A stretch of 64,000 bases of DNA from Adineta vaga (taxonomy: Eukaryota; Animalia; Rotifera). Of this stretch, positions 40,903 through 56,520 are shown piece by piece. A program made the position numbers and the translations under genes. The notes beneath the pieces are model-generated. The model searched no databases, was not told where the DNA came from, and saw nothing but the letters and a program-made list of their open reading frames with translations. Position 1 is the first letter of the stretch; each line of letters starts with the position of its first letter. The stretch is taken from assembly GCA_021613535.1 (NCBI GenBank), contig CP075493.1, positions 6,634,001 to 6,698,000 of the forward strand. The letters are read 5' to 3'.

Positions 40903-41544
40903 TCCGTTTATATGTCTGTTGTTTTGTTTTTAAGATGAAGAAAAAAAAAGAAAAGAATCTATTGTTAACCGAGACTAATTTTCTCTATGGAAAAACGAAT
41001 AGAAAATACGACGATTTCTAATCTCTATGCAAGTAATAACTGTTGATACATATAAATCTTCACATCATTTATAAAATATTTTCCAAATAGATCGAGATTG
41101 ATTAAAGTAATAGTGTCGAAAATATATTTGTATAGAAGAATTAGATCTATGGATAATGATGATAATTATCGTTAATAGAACATGCGGAGGTGTGAAATAT
41201 ACAAATGTCTTGCTAAATGTTAGCACTCAAAGTTGAGAACTAATTGATTCATGTATCTGTTACAATCTATTTCAACATCTGTTGACCTTGATCTAAAATT
41301 TAATTATATCAAAGAAGAAAGGATTACGAAATGAAGTATAGATCAACATTCAATTTCTCAAAATGTGATTTATGTATGTAGATATTTGAATGTCAACACG
41401 AATAGATAGAAAATACTGTTGTAAATAACAGATAATTTTCTCTTTATTCATTGTGATCATAGTACAAAATCAATCAGTTTGATTGTTTGTTTTCTTTCTC
41501 TAGTGAACACAACAATTGAACCTTTTTCGTTTGGAATATTCTAG

Positions 41545-42560
41545 ATGACAACAATATTTAGTCAATGTTTGACATCGAACAACTTCTTACCACGCATTCA
41601 TCATCGACATTTTTGGAATTCATTAAATATTATTTGGAACAAGTAAGGGGTATGTTTGATTTATTAATATTGTCTAAAGTGAACACACAATTCTTTTCGA
41701 TAATGATGATAATAAATATTTACTTCCTACAGAACCATTTTAGTTGTTTGTTCGTGACATTTCTTTCGTTCATAAGGATTCATACACTTCAATTATATCG
41801 ATTGACAGTTATGACACTTCATTGCCTAGGAAATTTTGAATCCATATAACATAAGTATATATTTAACTGTTTATAGATACGATCGAAAACGTGTACAAGA
41901 AATAGGTCCTGATTTTGCTTGTGCTGAATGGTTAGTACGATGTGGTGGTTTAGTACGTTTCAAAAATTGGGGCTCTTTTATATCGAATTATAATCAAATT
42001 CCAATGGGTACATCTGGACTATTTCGAATAGAAGAAATTCGAGCAGTTAAAGCATGTATTACATCGGAAGGTTTTGCTTATTTAGGTTAATTACATCATT
42101 TATTCATATTGAACATTCAATTGGAATCTTTTTGTTTTGTTTTATCTAGATGGTCTTCGAGATTTGAAAAAAATTCATTTAGAAAAATGTGATCAAATTG
42201 GTGATAGTACGTCAATTCGATGAAATATTTTCTTATTAAATCTATGAGATTGATTTAGGCTGTCTAGCTCGATGCAATAAAGTCAAAGAAACAATTGAAT
42301 CAATCACATTGATTGATTTAAGTGAAATGAGTGAGAATGGTCTTGCATATCTAGCGGGAATGAAGTATGCCATTGTTTGCAATTCTACTGAGCTTTGATA
42401 AGTTTCGTTTTATAGAAATTTAAAACAAATCAATTTAGCTCGTTTAATTAATATCAAAAATCGTGATGCGATTCGGAAATTATTAAGCAATGAATTACCT
42501 CAATGTACAATCAACTATGATGATAAATATCCTTCAGCACCCGAACTCAAAGAAAAATAA
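41545..42560 (+). CDS. ATP5S: ATP synthase subunit s / factor B (DMAC2L)
   Basis: Presequence then RHFWNSLNIIWN|KYDRKRVQEIGPDFACAEWLVRCG, followed by leucine-rich repeats. Confidence 0.88.
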
Positions 42561-42995
42561 ACATGTTTTCTGTTAAATATAGCTTTCTTTTTTGTTATAA
42601 ATAAAGATACTTTCATCGAGAAGGAAAAGAATCGTGGATTTTTATGTACTGGAAAAGATATTTATGATGAATTTCATATCAATTAATCTTGTGATGCGAC
42701 TACTAAGCTTCCGCTGTCAATAGCATATGTCTGGAAAATGAATAAACGTAGTATGTAGCAATTCTATTAGATCTTTTTAATAGACTAGTATAGCACGAGT
42801 CTTGATGCTTGTTTTTCTATTGGTTGTCAAACACATCGGAGGTTCTCATTGAATATTAATGGTGTACCATCAACCAATCATTCTGTTCAATAATACTAAA
42901 GATGTTTTGCACTATTGACACGTTGTTATGTTTTTAAGACATTTCAGTAGATTTAGTTTCAAAATTTTTAAATTTTCTTTTCAGATTTTCAATCA

Positions 42996-43800
42996 ATGGC
43001 GTCACCTGAGCAATCAACTTCAGCGAACTCAAACACTCCACCTTCATCTAACGACAATGAGGAGCAGAAAACAGCGTCAAATAACGATAAAGATTCAGGT
43101 TACGAATGCAATGTGAGTGTCGATGATTTGCGTACTATTCATTATTTAACACATGAATATTCAATCATTAGATTTGTCTTGAAACAGCTCGTAACGCTGT
43201 TTTATCCCTTTGTGGTCATCTTTTCTGTTGGCCATGTATTCATCAATGGCTTGAAACTCGTGCACATAATCCAACATGTCCAGTATGTAAAAGCAGTATA
43301 TCATCTGAAAAATTAATTCCAATCTATGGTCGAAATGCGAATCAGACAGATCCACGGTTTGAATTCTTTTTTGTTTTCTATCAAAAATCAATTTTGTTTT
43401 ATTTAGAAATACGGTTCCACCACGTCCAGCTGGTACTAGAGAAGAACCTCGACAAAATCGAGTAAATAACCTCAGAATGTTGAAAGAATAGACGATGATC
43501 TATTCATTTTGATTTAAACTAGAATTTTGGCTTTGGTGAAGGTGTGAATTTTCAAATGTCATTTGGTTTCGGTGCGTTTCCATTTGGTCTATTTCAAACG
43601 ACATTTGCTACAAATAATTCTGATCATACTTATACACCACGTAAAAATATTCTTTACATCTGAGAAAACGAAAATGAATAAATCTTGTCTGATTTCTTCT
43701 AGCACCACCAAATACAGCTGATCATCAGCAACAGGAATTTTTGTCTCGTTTATTTCTCGGTATTGCATTAGCTGTGATTTTATTCATTATTTTTACTTGA
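42996..43800 (+). CDS. RNF185: RING E3 ligase RNF5/RNF185
   Basis: YECN|[28 protein letters not shown]...CPVCK...IPIYGR...[17 protein letters not shown]-terminal TM helix. Confidence 0.92.
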
Positions 43801-45276
43801 AATTTTGCTCAATTTCATATTCAATGAAGAACAAAAGAAAGAAAAACATCTCGGAATTCTTTTTCTTCACGTAGCTTTACGTCATATTCTATTTTTATTT
43901 ACAAGCATTTCTTAGAAATATCATATATACATAAATATATAAATGTGAACATACTAGCAGAGAATATTTCTTTTTTCTTCATTTTAGATATATATAAAAA
44001 CGTTCGTTAATAATTCAGGTAATGATGGTTCTTTTTTTTGTGTCAAAATCATAATAATAGACTTAAGTAATCCGTGTGGAAAATTTCTTCTTATCATGCA
44101 TTTATAATCAAGAAGTCATAAAGGAAGTTTAGATTATATCTAATCATCGTTAGACATTTGCAAGAGGAGATTACAACTGCTGGTAAATTATTAAGTATAC
44201 GAACATTTATCATCTAATAGCAATGGATTAGTTATCTTTCTGTGAACATATGCTCAAGAATAATTAGACAGAATGGATGATTAAGTCAATGCGTGTGTTG
44301 TTAAACGTTAACGTAATACTTACCGAATGTAATTTTTTTTTATCAGAATGTTCCGTGCGTTTCCTGCGCGTTGTTATATGTATGCATTACTCTACATAAC
44401 CTAAATCATGAATGTTCGAGAAAAGAAAACAAACATGTTATTCATTGATGAAAAAAATTTGCCTCAGAGACTGATTAGTAGAGAACAAATATGAGTATTG
44501 ACAAGTATAGCACATAGTAACTAACGATACTGATCATGATTTTTTAAACTTTTTTTAATACTTTTAGTCATTTTTCTAGTTCATACATTTCAATTGATCT
44601 CTACTTCCTGTGAGTAAATAAAAATGCCGTAGTCTTGTTTAAAAATAACTATGATCGTCTCATAGGTTATTATATGACTCTCAATTCAATCTAAATAGCT
44701 TTTTCCACCTCATAAAAGTAATTATTCGCTTATACTCAACGAACGGAAGTTTGATTCTCTTCAGTCATGCAAAAGAATGAACGGAAAGGATTTTTTTCCT
44801 ATTCACTTAACAATTATTAACCCTTTTTTCGATAATCAACATCACATATAGTCGAGTCTTCCCATTGATATTCGTCGAAAATAATCGATTATATTCTAAT
44901 GCATATTTTATCTGAACTTTTGTGTTCCTATACATTGAGAACATCGTTCGATTCATTAGAACACTGATAAAAAAAGAAAAAAATCTAATTTCTTTTTCTT
45001 TTCTTTTTTGAGTCCGATCCAATCATCATTCAATTAACTGTTAATAAGAATAAACTCGAATGATCATTATGCATGATCACAAATATTTGCCATTCAATTT
45101 CAAATATATCCCATATCTAAGCTTGCATTGAGTATCCTCGAGTTTTCCGTCAATCTATACCAGAAGTATTCACTTAATGAGAATGATGCATATAGAAAAA
45201 AGAAATGGGTCAATGAGAAATATTCAGAGAGAATGATGAAAATATGATTGCTTCATGTTGTGAATAGCATGTAAGG

Positions 45277-45458
45277 ATGAGGATGATGATGATGAAGGAG
45301 GAGTAGGAGTAGGAGTAGGAAGAAAGAAATAAGAAAAAGAAGATGAAGGAGAGACGGACGTACATTCGGGAAGACGAACGCGCTTGGGGTATGTTTTGAC
45401 ATGTGGGCAAAATAGAAAACAACTCAGTCGTCGTCGTCTTCGTCGCCGTTGTCGTCGA
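45277..45458 (+). repeat. Compound microsatellites (GAT, GGAGTA, TCG) upstream of PITPNM
   Basis: Runs gatgatgat, (ggagta)x3, (gtc)n seen directly. Confidence 0.8.
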
Positions 45459-45674
45459 TTCGAGAAAACGATAGATAGATGTAAGAAAAAAAAGAGAAAA
45501 TAAGGGTGGGATAAAGAAGAAAAAGAAATGTCTACTATATCTCTAGTGATTTTAGATGATCCATACACATAACGGGTCTTTAATGACAAATGACAACAAC
45601 AGTACAATGAATATCTTTTTTTTCTTATCCATTCGAAATACCATCAACATATTCGATTAAATTATTCCACAAAA

Positions 45675-48600
45675 ATGCTTATCAAAGAATATCGAATTCC
45701 AGTACCAATGACTGTCGATGAATATCGAATAGCTCAATTATATATGATTGTGGTAGGTAATCAGTTTCATCAATTGAATATTTTGTCTTGGAAGAAGAAA
45801 AAAAAAGAACTATCATATCATATTATAGGTACTTGAAGAAAGGTAATCAATTAAGGAGAGCTCACTGCTGCATGAGTAATCTTGCTCTTCTTTAAAAATC
45901 TAATCAATTCTGATTCAATACTAAACAAAAAAAAATATATAAATTTTTTTCGACTTTCTTTACTTTTTATCAAACGAATGTATATTTTTTACAGAAAAAA
46001 AGTCGTGAAGAAACCAATTCATCCGGTAGTGGTGTAGAGATAATTAAAAATGAACCGTATACAAATGGACCAGGTGGAAATGGACAATATACATTTAAAA
46101 TCTATCATATTGAAAGACATTTACCTGGTTGGTTTAAAGCTATTTTACCAGCGAATGCAATGAAAATTGAAGAAGAAGCATGGAATGCTTATCCCTATAC
46201 GAAAACACGTTATCGTTGTCCTTTTATTGATCGTTTTCTTATCGAAGTTGAAACATGTTATCAAGCAGATTTTGGTACACAAGAAAATATTTTCAAATTA
46301 AAACCACAAGAAATCGATCAACGTGTTGTTGGTTTGTAGCTTTTGATGAATTATCAACAGAAAAAAATGAAAAAAAGTTCTTTTACTTAGAATTCCTTGA
46401 TATTGTTTCCAGTCAACCACTAGCAGATAATCCAGCAGAAAATCCATTAGTATTTTGTTCGGAAACAACAGGTGCGTGAGGATTTACTTTTCTCTGCTTT
46501 GATGAAATATCATTTTAGTAAACAAGAAGGAGATGTAAATGTAATTCTATTAGTAGGTATAGAACTGAGAGTTGATTTGATTTCGTTTATGACTATCGAC
46601 TTACGATCTATATTTTTATCTTAATAATCTTAATAAGAAAATGTTTTCAAGCGTACTGCATATTTAGGACGTGGACCATTATCAGCAGATTGGTTTGAAC
46701 AAATGAAAAAAACTGCTCGAAAAGATTCAATTATGTGTGCATATAAGTTATGTCGAGCTGAGTTTCGTTATTGGGGTATGCAAAGTCGTTGCGAACGATT
46801 TATTCATGAAATAGGTAGAAGAAGAAAAAATTCGAATTTAGATTAATTACTTTTTTTTGTTGTTTTGTTACAAAATAAATAGCCTTACGTAAAACAATCT
46901 TACGCGCACATCGACAAGCTTGGTGTTGGCAAGATGAATATCAAGGTTTAACATTAGCTGATATACGTCATTTAGAAGATGAAACACAACGTGAATTGAA
47001 TAAACGAATGGCACAATTTCAAAATGAAAATAGCCTTTTATCGATTCGTAATAATGAAAATCCAACGAATGAAACCGAATCAACGAATGATATTAATCAA
47101 CCATTAGGAAACAAACGAGGTCGACAAATGTCTATTGATAGTATTAATGCAACTAGACCACGAATAAATTCATTTCCCGTGCCTCCATTACCAAGAGAGG
47201 AAACACCTGATGATGAATTCTTTGATGCTGAGTGTAAGATCTTATTTTTCTTTTAATAATAGCAAAATATCTATCGAAGATAGATTAAATATTCCGAGCT
47301 ATTTGTAGAATTCATAGACTTGGATTTTTCTTTTGCACTGAAGACATTCTTTGCTTTTCTCACGACTCATAATAGTCTCATCAATCAATTCGGATTAGTT
47401 TCAGCGTTCTTGATCCTTTGGATTTTAAAATATTTTCGCACGATTTAGAATTTATTATGCTTGACAGAAATGTCTCGAATGAGGCAATGTTCTCCGATGA
47501 CCTTCTTCCTATGAAAAATATATCATTTCATTTATTTTCGTATTTGTAGCGTCAATTGAAGGTATTTCAACTTCACGATCTAGTCGTACTCTAACACGTT
47601 CACTCGATGATATTCACTTGATTGATTCAAACAATTCCGGTTCTCATCATTCAAGTATTGAAGATGATGAAGGAACATCCGGACTATCAGTATTAGAAGA
47701 TAATGACAATAAATGTCCGATTGAAATTCTAATCTTAATTTTCTATGGTGGTTAGTTATTTGAATGTTTCTTATTGACGGAATAGTATAGTTCTTTTCTT
47801 TGAATTAGGTAATATATTTTCAACAGAAGAGGCATTTACAAGTGCGAAGAAAACAGATTTTATCACTTTTCGTTCAACATTTGAAACTGTTATGAGAAAT
47901 CATTATACACGTGTTGAAGGCAAAATAGCAATTCGTTTTGTTGTATGTCGTTCAATTTGTATTGAAGCAATCAATTTACTCAATAGTCTATCACCATATG
48001 GAATGCAAAACACAACATATGATATATCACATAGTGAAACATTGCCAATAAATGCAATTCCATTATTTGCAACATCAAATGGAAGTTATCAATCATCATT
48101 AGCAAATGCTATAACGTCAGCAAATCAAGTTTATCAAGAATTTATTTCTTCAAAAGAAGGCAAACATTTTTCCGGACAAGTATGTCAAAATAAAGCAAAT
48201 TATCGTCTTTATCATAACAAAACATGTCTCTTGTAGGTTGTGATTATTGGTGATGCAAATGGAGCAATTTTAGCATATGATGCATTAAGTTTAGATCAGA
48301 GTTTTGATGATACAACATCTTTATATGGCGAAGGTAATCGATAGAAATATAAAGTTCAGTAGAAATATTGTGTTTTTATTTATCTGATTAAATCAGAGGG
48401 ATCATCACCACGTATATCGAAACGTCATAAACGAGCTCAACATGATAATTTTGACAATGCTTCTGGATATTCAGGACAACGATCAACAGCGAAACGTAAT
48501 ATTACTAATGATACACTCGATATCAGTGATAATATGTAAGATGAATTTGTTTTTTGGAAGTATTTTTTTCGATTATCAAGTATTTCATTATAGTTCACGA

Positions 48601-50966
48601 TCTGGTGATAATTGTCATACTCGACAAGAAAATGATGGCTTAATGTTAGCATTTGATGTCAATGAATTTTTCTCATTTGGTGCACCATTATCACTCATAC
48701 TTGCTTATCGACGTATACATACTGATACTGGTAAGATTAAAAATTTCTTCTTTCTTTTATTTATGAAGATAAATAAATCTATTTAGTCGTTCGACCATAC
48801 TGTGGACAATTGTATAATTTATTTCATGCTTGTGATCCGAACGCATCTCGAATTGAACCATTAATACAATCAGAATTTAGTCAAATACCTCCATGCTGTG
48901 TATCTCGTTATTCTCAATTTCCATTAGGTGATGGAGAATCTACACTTCTCAGTAAATGAATACCTTTTTATCAGATTTTTCTTGTCAATGAATTGATTTG
49001 TAATTCTTTTTTCCTAGTTGAATATGTTCATAAATATTCCAAATTATTCTTAAATACGAATTCAAATCGATCTTCAAATGATACAAATACAATATTCTCT
49101 GATCGTAAAAGAACATTTTGAATGAAAACTTGATAAAGATTTCAGTAAAACAAAATCTCGTTTTTTAGTTCGACAAACTTGGTGGGGTTCACGACGTGTT
49201 GATTATATCGTTTATTGTCCCGAATCACTCATGACTCAACCAGCACATGTTTTGCCTATTGTTTTTCATTCAAGTTATTGGGAATCACGTGATGTTATGT
49301 CATTTATTTTACGAAATGTAAACAATGATTTCAAGTCTTTTGATATTTTCATTGATTATTCTTTCGAATAGATCACTCGTAATCAAGAACAATTTCATTT
49401 ATTTAATAATCCTACAAGTAGCAATCCATGTGCATTTTCTCCGATAAAACCAACGGAACGATGGTCACATCGTACAACTACTGTGAAAATACGAGTAAAA
49501 ACTTCATAATTATTTCACTGAAATTTTCTAAAATAAAAATAAAATTATTTTTTAGAATTTGGCACCAAATCATCGAGGTAATGATACGATGGTAGTCGAT
49601 GTTCGATCCCAAACTATTAATGCAAAATTTCATTATGGGCCAATTGATATGGTCTGTTTAGTAAATGAAAAAGTAGATGTTTATGTCATGCGATCAGCAC
49701 CATACGGAGAATGGACATTACTTGATACTGTTGAAACGGATACACATGGTCGTATACGATATACAATTCCAGAAGATAAAAAATTACCTTTAGGACTACA
49801 TCCAGTCAAATGTGTTGTTCGGTATGAATCTTTTTAAATTTATCTTTCATTCAATTATCTTAGTTTTCTGATTTAGTGGTGATCATACAACTGTTGATCT
49901 TTATCTTACTGTTTTACCACCTAAGAGTGAAGCAGTCATATTCAGTATTGATGGATCATTTACTTCAAGTTTTTCTGTTAGTCATCATGATCCAAAAGTA
50001 CGACCTGGTGCTGTGGATGTCGTTCGGTAGGATTCACTAATATTTCATTTCCTCAAAAATTATCGTGTTATGTCTTGTAAAAAAATTAGATATTGGCAAG
50101 AATTGGGATATATTATTATTTATATTACTGCACGTCCTGATATTCAACAACGTCGAGTAGTTCATTGGCTTGCTCAACATAATTTTCCACATGGTTTGAT
50201 AGATATCAAATGTTTTTGTTCTTGTAATATTTTCAATTTTCTTCTTTTCTAAGGTATGACTTTATTCAATGATGGTATTAGTCGTGAACCAATCAAAAAT
50301 AAAGCGGAAATGTTACGAATTACTGTTGAAAACGCCGATTTGACAATCATGGCTGCGTATGGTTCATCGAAAGATGTTCCTGGTTATCAATTAATTCATG
50401 TACCACCCGAACGCTTATTTGTTGTCGGAAAAATTAAAAATCGTTTTCAAGGTCAAGCACGTTTTATTATCGATGGATATGCAGTACATTTAGGTAAATA
50501 TGTAAAGTTTAAGTTGAAAAATTAATTCTCATTTTTCTACTTCATAGCTGAACTATCAAAACCAGGTGTTATTCGACCATCAAAATCAAACTCACGTCAT
50601 TTAATTCGTAAAGCTTGCTTTAATTTACCAAAACTAACATCGATTACTACGACACAATCATCGACATCATTGATTAACACGAAACAAATGACTTCATCAT
50701 CTACTCATTCGTCGACATCAATGCCTTCATCTCACCATCCTCTTGTTGATCAAAGCTTATCAGCACCATTGACACATCGAAAAATGAATTACACTGATGA
50801 TTCGAGTCTTTCTCGACGCCATAATCTTTTAGCATTTAGTGTCTCACAATCGAAAGAAGCTCCCTCGCGAGGCCTTTCTCCTCATATCACTCGACATACA
50901 ACAGCAACAATAACAATGATAGCAACGAATAATACTTATAATCCTTCATCGATTGAAAAACTATAG
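45675..50966 (+). CDS. PITPNM: Membrane-associated phosphatidylinositol transfer protein (rdgB/Nir)
   Basis: PITP domain (MLIKEYRI..., EEAWNAYPY, HRQAWCWQDE), FFAT motif EFFDAE, DDHD (YNLFH..DP, FHSSYWES), LNS2 (FSIDGS, YITARP). Confidence 0.96.
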
Positions 50967-51262
50967 TCATTTATTTCTTTATCTCGTTTATTTGTCTCGT
51001 ATTTCAATTTCTTTCACGTTTTTCTTATATATGACAATGGTGTGGATCAAGTTCGAAATTTTCTTTTTCTATGTGATAAGTGACAGCTGTCTTGGTCTTA
51101 TGTTTTGTTCTATTTTTCGATTGTATTTTGTGTGGATGATTATTTGCATGTAAAGATAACTATATTTTCTTTTCTTCTTTTCGCGATTGTATATATATAT
51201 ATATATATGTCAAGAAAAGATACATTTTATTGATTTGACTTCGCACATTCAAACAAATTTCG

Positions 51263-51940
<678 letters not shown>

Positions 51941-52774
51941 ACATTTAAAGAGCTTTAATTCTTTTTTTTTCTAAACTTATTTATTTTAATATTTAAATAT
52001 AGAATATATATGAAGTTATCGATAAAAATGAAGTGAATGTGTCGTGTAGCTATGATCGAGCATTGCGGTTAGATTAGAAAGTTGAATAATGAGAAAAACA
52101 TACGTTAAATGAAATCATCGGGCATTTTTAGAATCTATAGAAAAGTTCACCGTCTGAAATGTACGATACGAATGCGTCCCTCAAATTGACAGTTGTCACC
52201 TTAACGATCCAATCCAATAAATGATATGACAACTCATAAATCTAGGTATACGACTACATCTAAACAATGAGAACTAATCATTTCAATCCTCGTTTTACCT
52301 TCTGTAATATATCATCTTTATTAAAACATTGGTCCAATATAAATTATATTATACTCAAAGATTATCAAGCAGAATTTTAACCATCTATCAGACGTATTGA
52401 AAACCAATTCAGGCAGAGCAAGATTTCCATCGTCAATATCGTTTCTTTTCTAATGTAGTAGTGACCGTATGATATCGACCAACTTTTCTAACTGTTTGTT
52501 CTCCGGCATCTCCAAAATGAATTGTTTTGTCTTAATATGTGAATATGTCATCCTATTCTTTGGGAACTTCATCGACTTCTTGTATAGATGTCGTTAGTAC
52601 TATCATTAGATAAATGAAAAGATTTGAAGAAAAAAAAAGATTTTATCGTTTTTCTTTTTTCATAACGCTTGTTTTGCAAGAGAAAAATTTGTAATTTTTC
52701 GTTTTGAAAAAAAGTAAAATTCTTGAACTCAATCCATTAAAGCGTTCTTTGTCATTCGCTTATGGCTATTGAAT

Positions 52775-52884
52775 CAATAACAACAACAACAACATCAACA
52801 ACAGCAATACTCATCATAGAGTGAGAAAAGAAAGAAAACAAATAATAATAATAACAACAATAATAATAATAATAATAATAAATA
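52775..52884 (+). repeat. (CAA)/(TAA) trinucleotide microsatellite upstream of the MBD5/6-like gene
   Basis: Direct observation of acaacaac and (taa)n runs. Confidence 0.85.
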
Positions 52885-52984
52885 AGTGAATTCATTTTTT
52901 TTAGATTGTTTTGTTTTGTGTATAATCTGTTTATGTCCATATGATAATTCAAATCTCTCTTAGTTCGTTTATCGAACTGATATT

Positions 52985-54895
52985 ATGACGACAACAACAG
53001 AAACATATCTTTCAACACAAACATCATTTACAAATGAAACAAATACTACTACGACGACAACGACATCAACAACTAATGAAGATCAATCATCAACTCTTGC
53101 TGCTAATGTGACAATTGATGAACTTGTTCAATCATGTTGTAGTGAAGCAGTACCATCATCTAGTCAATTGAATAGTAGTAGCAGTGTTTCACCAACACAT
53201 CTCGTACGATTTGTTCATTCACAATCGTCAATTGTTAGTCAGATAGATGAACAACAACGTCCATCTGAACAAGGTATTACAAATTCTTCGTCTAGTCATG
53301 ATACACCTGTTAAACAACAGCCACCATCGATCAATTTTACACGTTTACCATCACCATTTAAACCTACAACAATCATTGAATCAACAAATTCTATGCAAAA
53401 CACAACAAATTTAAGTAATATTACAGCGAATAATATCAGTGTGAATAATTACAATGTTAATATTCATACAACTAATGTTCAACAACAACAAACGAATATT
53501 TTAACTAATGAACATGTCACGAAAAAATGTCAATTTGATGAAAAACAAACAACTGAGATTGTTTCACAAATATTAAAAAATATCAAAGAAGTTGATGAAC
53601 ATCAAGCAAATACATCAACAACAACAACGAATTATAATATTCATATTGATTCATTTAATTTCTCATCGACGAATGATCGACAACAATCGACAGTTGTTAA
53701 AAAATCACGTGTAAAAAAAGAATCGAAAACTTTAGCACGAATTATTATTAAAGATGAATCATTATCACCAAGTTTTTCACGAACAAAAAAAACGACGAAG
53801 AGTTCTTCGAATTCACAATCGATCGACTATATACCTGTACCATATGGATGGCAAAGAAGAATATTAGCACCTGATCTTGTCGTCTATCTTAGGTAAAAGA
53901 AAATTAAGTTAACCAATTCAATTTTTATTCTTTTGCAAATTTCTAGCCCAACAAATGCAATACTTGATTCACTGGATGCTGTGCGTCAATATCTTGAAAC
54001 ACCAACATCATGTAAATGTGGTCTTCAATGTCCATTGATTGTTGAAAAAGTTTTCAATTTTGACTCAATGATTAAATCGAAATCTTGGGAAGTAACACAA
54101 GTTCTTGAAGGAACTCATTGTCGACAAAAATCGAATATCTTGGAAATGGCAACATTAACAAATTGTATTGATTCATTTAGTGAAACAGAACAAAAATCAG
54201 GTAATTAAAATTAGAGTTTGATTTTTTGATTGAAATTGATCTTATTAATCAATTGTAACTAGTAAAACGTCGGAAACGAACTCATACGGAATCAACTAAT
54301 GGAAATGTTTTCGTATGTGCATCGAATCCATCAAATCTTCTACAAACAAATAATGAATCAGTCGTTTTTGTCAATAATACTGGTCAAACATTAGGTAAAA
54401 ATGGTTTAATTTCTTTTTTTTTTAAAAAGATAAAATTCTTTTTTTTTGAATATCGCAGAAACTGGCCAATCGATGACATGGACGCCACTACCACATAAAG
54501 GTGTTACTCCTCCGTCGAAACGGCCACGTGGTCGTCCTCGTAAAACAGCTGTTACACCTCCAGTCATTGCTCAATTAGCTGTTAAGCCATCACTTGATCC
54601 TCATCAACACACTCAACCTGTACCCTCATCGATTCTTTCGCCACCAGCATCTGTTTCTTCAACATCTCAAACGAATCTCGTTCATCGAAATTCAACTTCC
54701 CCATTAACTCATCATTCAACTACGAACCTTCGTTATATAAATGACAATGTTCTTACACCGTCATCATCAACAGACACGAATGTTATTGCTCGAGTTCCAT
54801 CATTATTTGAACAAGTAAAATCTACAACCAATGAATCAACATTTGCTGTTTTATCTGGTGTTCAAAATGTACTTCTGTCCCCTAACAGAGATTCA

Positions 54896-54928
<33 letters not shown>

Positions 54929-56520
54929 CGTGTACGTCTCGAATCAGCTACATCAACGGTATCAACAAATGGAAAACAAGTTACATTAAATGTCAATGCA
55001 TTAAAACCTGATTTTGTTCGATCACCGGCAGCTGCTCAAAAGCCATGTACAACAACAATAACATCCAATCAAATTGACGTGATATCTCTCATGGGTACTA
55101 GTAATCAAACACCATTGATAGTAACAAAAACCACACCAAAACCGATCGCACCTATTCCAACAGCAACACATTCAGACGATTATTCATTAAACAAACCGAC
55201 TAATGAACAAACTAATGATTCATCTCAACCATTGATGATTGATTTTAATGATCCGTCAACAACAAATTTTCTTCTCTCAGCTTTGGCATCAGGTGCCGCA
55301 TCAGATTCGAATGCAATTGTTAATCATTTGTTTCAAAAAGCACAAACACAACATCAACAACAGCAACGAAGTAACACTTCTTTATCACCACCACCTACAA
55401 TAGTATCAACAGCAACTATTAAGAAAAAACTTCCAATTCTTCCATCAAGTTTAAAAACTTGTACAGAAACAACAAATTTATTACCTATCTCAAATACTAC
55501 AGCACGTCAATCTGTCGTATTACATGTACCGACGACAACAAACACTAATGATTGTATGCAACAACCTCAACAAATTATTTTTAGTAATAATAATAATAAT
55601 ACGAGTGAAGAAAGAAAACAACCCCAACAAATATTTTTTATTAATAATAAACCTTATGTGCTTCAACAAAAATTCACACATGATCAATCGACACAACAGA
55701 GATTGGTGTTAACACCATCAATTTCTCAAACAGATGGTTAGTAACTTGTTTTTCTAAAATTTATATTAAGAAAAGCTCACTAATTAATTCGATTTAGATC
55801 TTACCGTTCATAATACATCTCATTCGAATCGTAATATAGCTCCAGCTCAACCCAATAGTAAGCAGTCAATCAACACTTGATGATGGTGGTAATTGTCTAG
55901 TAGTAAATGGTGTCGTTGAACCACGAACATTGAGTACATTAATTAAAACTCTAAATCCAACATCCTGTTCTGGTGTTGATAATATTATCGATACGATCCA
56001 TCGATTTGAACATACAGCATCAACAGAACAAACTGACAATCTCTTATTGAAATCTGGACGAACTAAAGCAAATCCAACAAAGAAATCTAATACGGATAAA
56101 CCTGCACCGAGACGTCGGGCAACAAAGAAAGCTAAACAAGAAGAACAACAAAATGTACAAGTAACTATGCCACCACCGCCTCCTCCTCTTCTTTCTTCTT
56201 CTTCTTCTGCTGCTGCTGCTGCTGCTCCTCTTTCATCATTGCCAATACAACAAATTGTTACTGATCAACAGCAATGGCAAACTGATTTTAATTCCTTTGA
56301 CTTTTCAACAGCTTGGGGTAGTGATACAAATTTAAATTCTCTTTTATTAAATGATGATTTCGACACGGCTGCTTCCTTTGATGATGTTAATTTCGGAGAT
56401 TTTGAACCATATATGAATGGCCATAGCAATCCTAATCCAACTGACATAACATTACCTTCATTATTCGTTAAACCATTACCGCCAGACACATTACCAAGTG
56501 TTGATAATCTTTTACCTTAG
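52985..56520 (+). CDS. MBD5/MBD6-like protein with AT-hook
   Basis: VPYGWQRR...YL|SP...L..VRQYL...SCKCGLQCPL...VFNFD is the MBD5/6-type MBD; AT-hook KRPRGRPRK; long S/T/Q/N-rich tail; no PWWP domain seen. Confidence 0.85.

Noticed and set aside
45210-45607. ORFs with poly-R, PTPT and poly-S
   Set aside because: Translations of microsatellites upstream of PITPNM.
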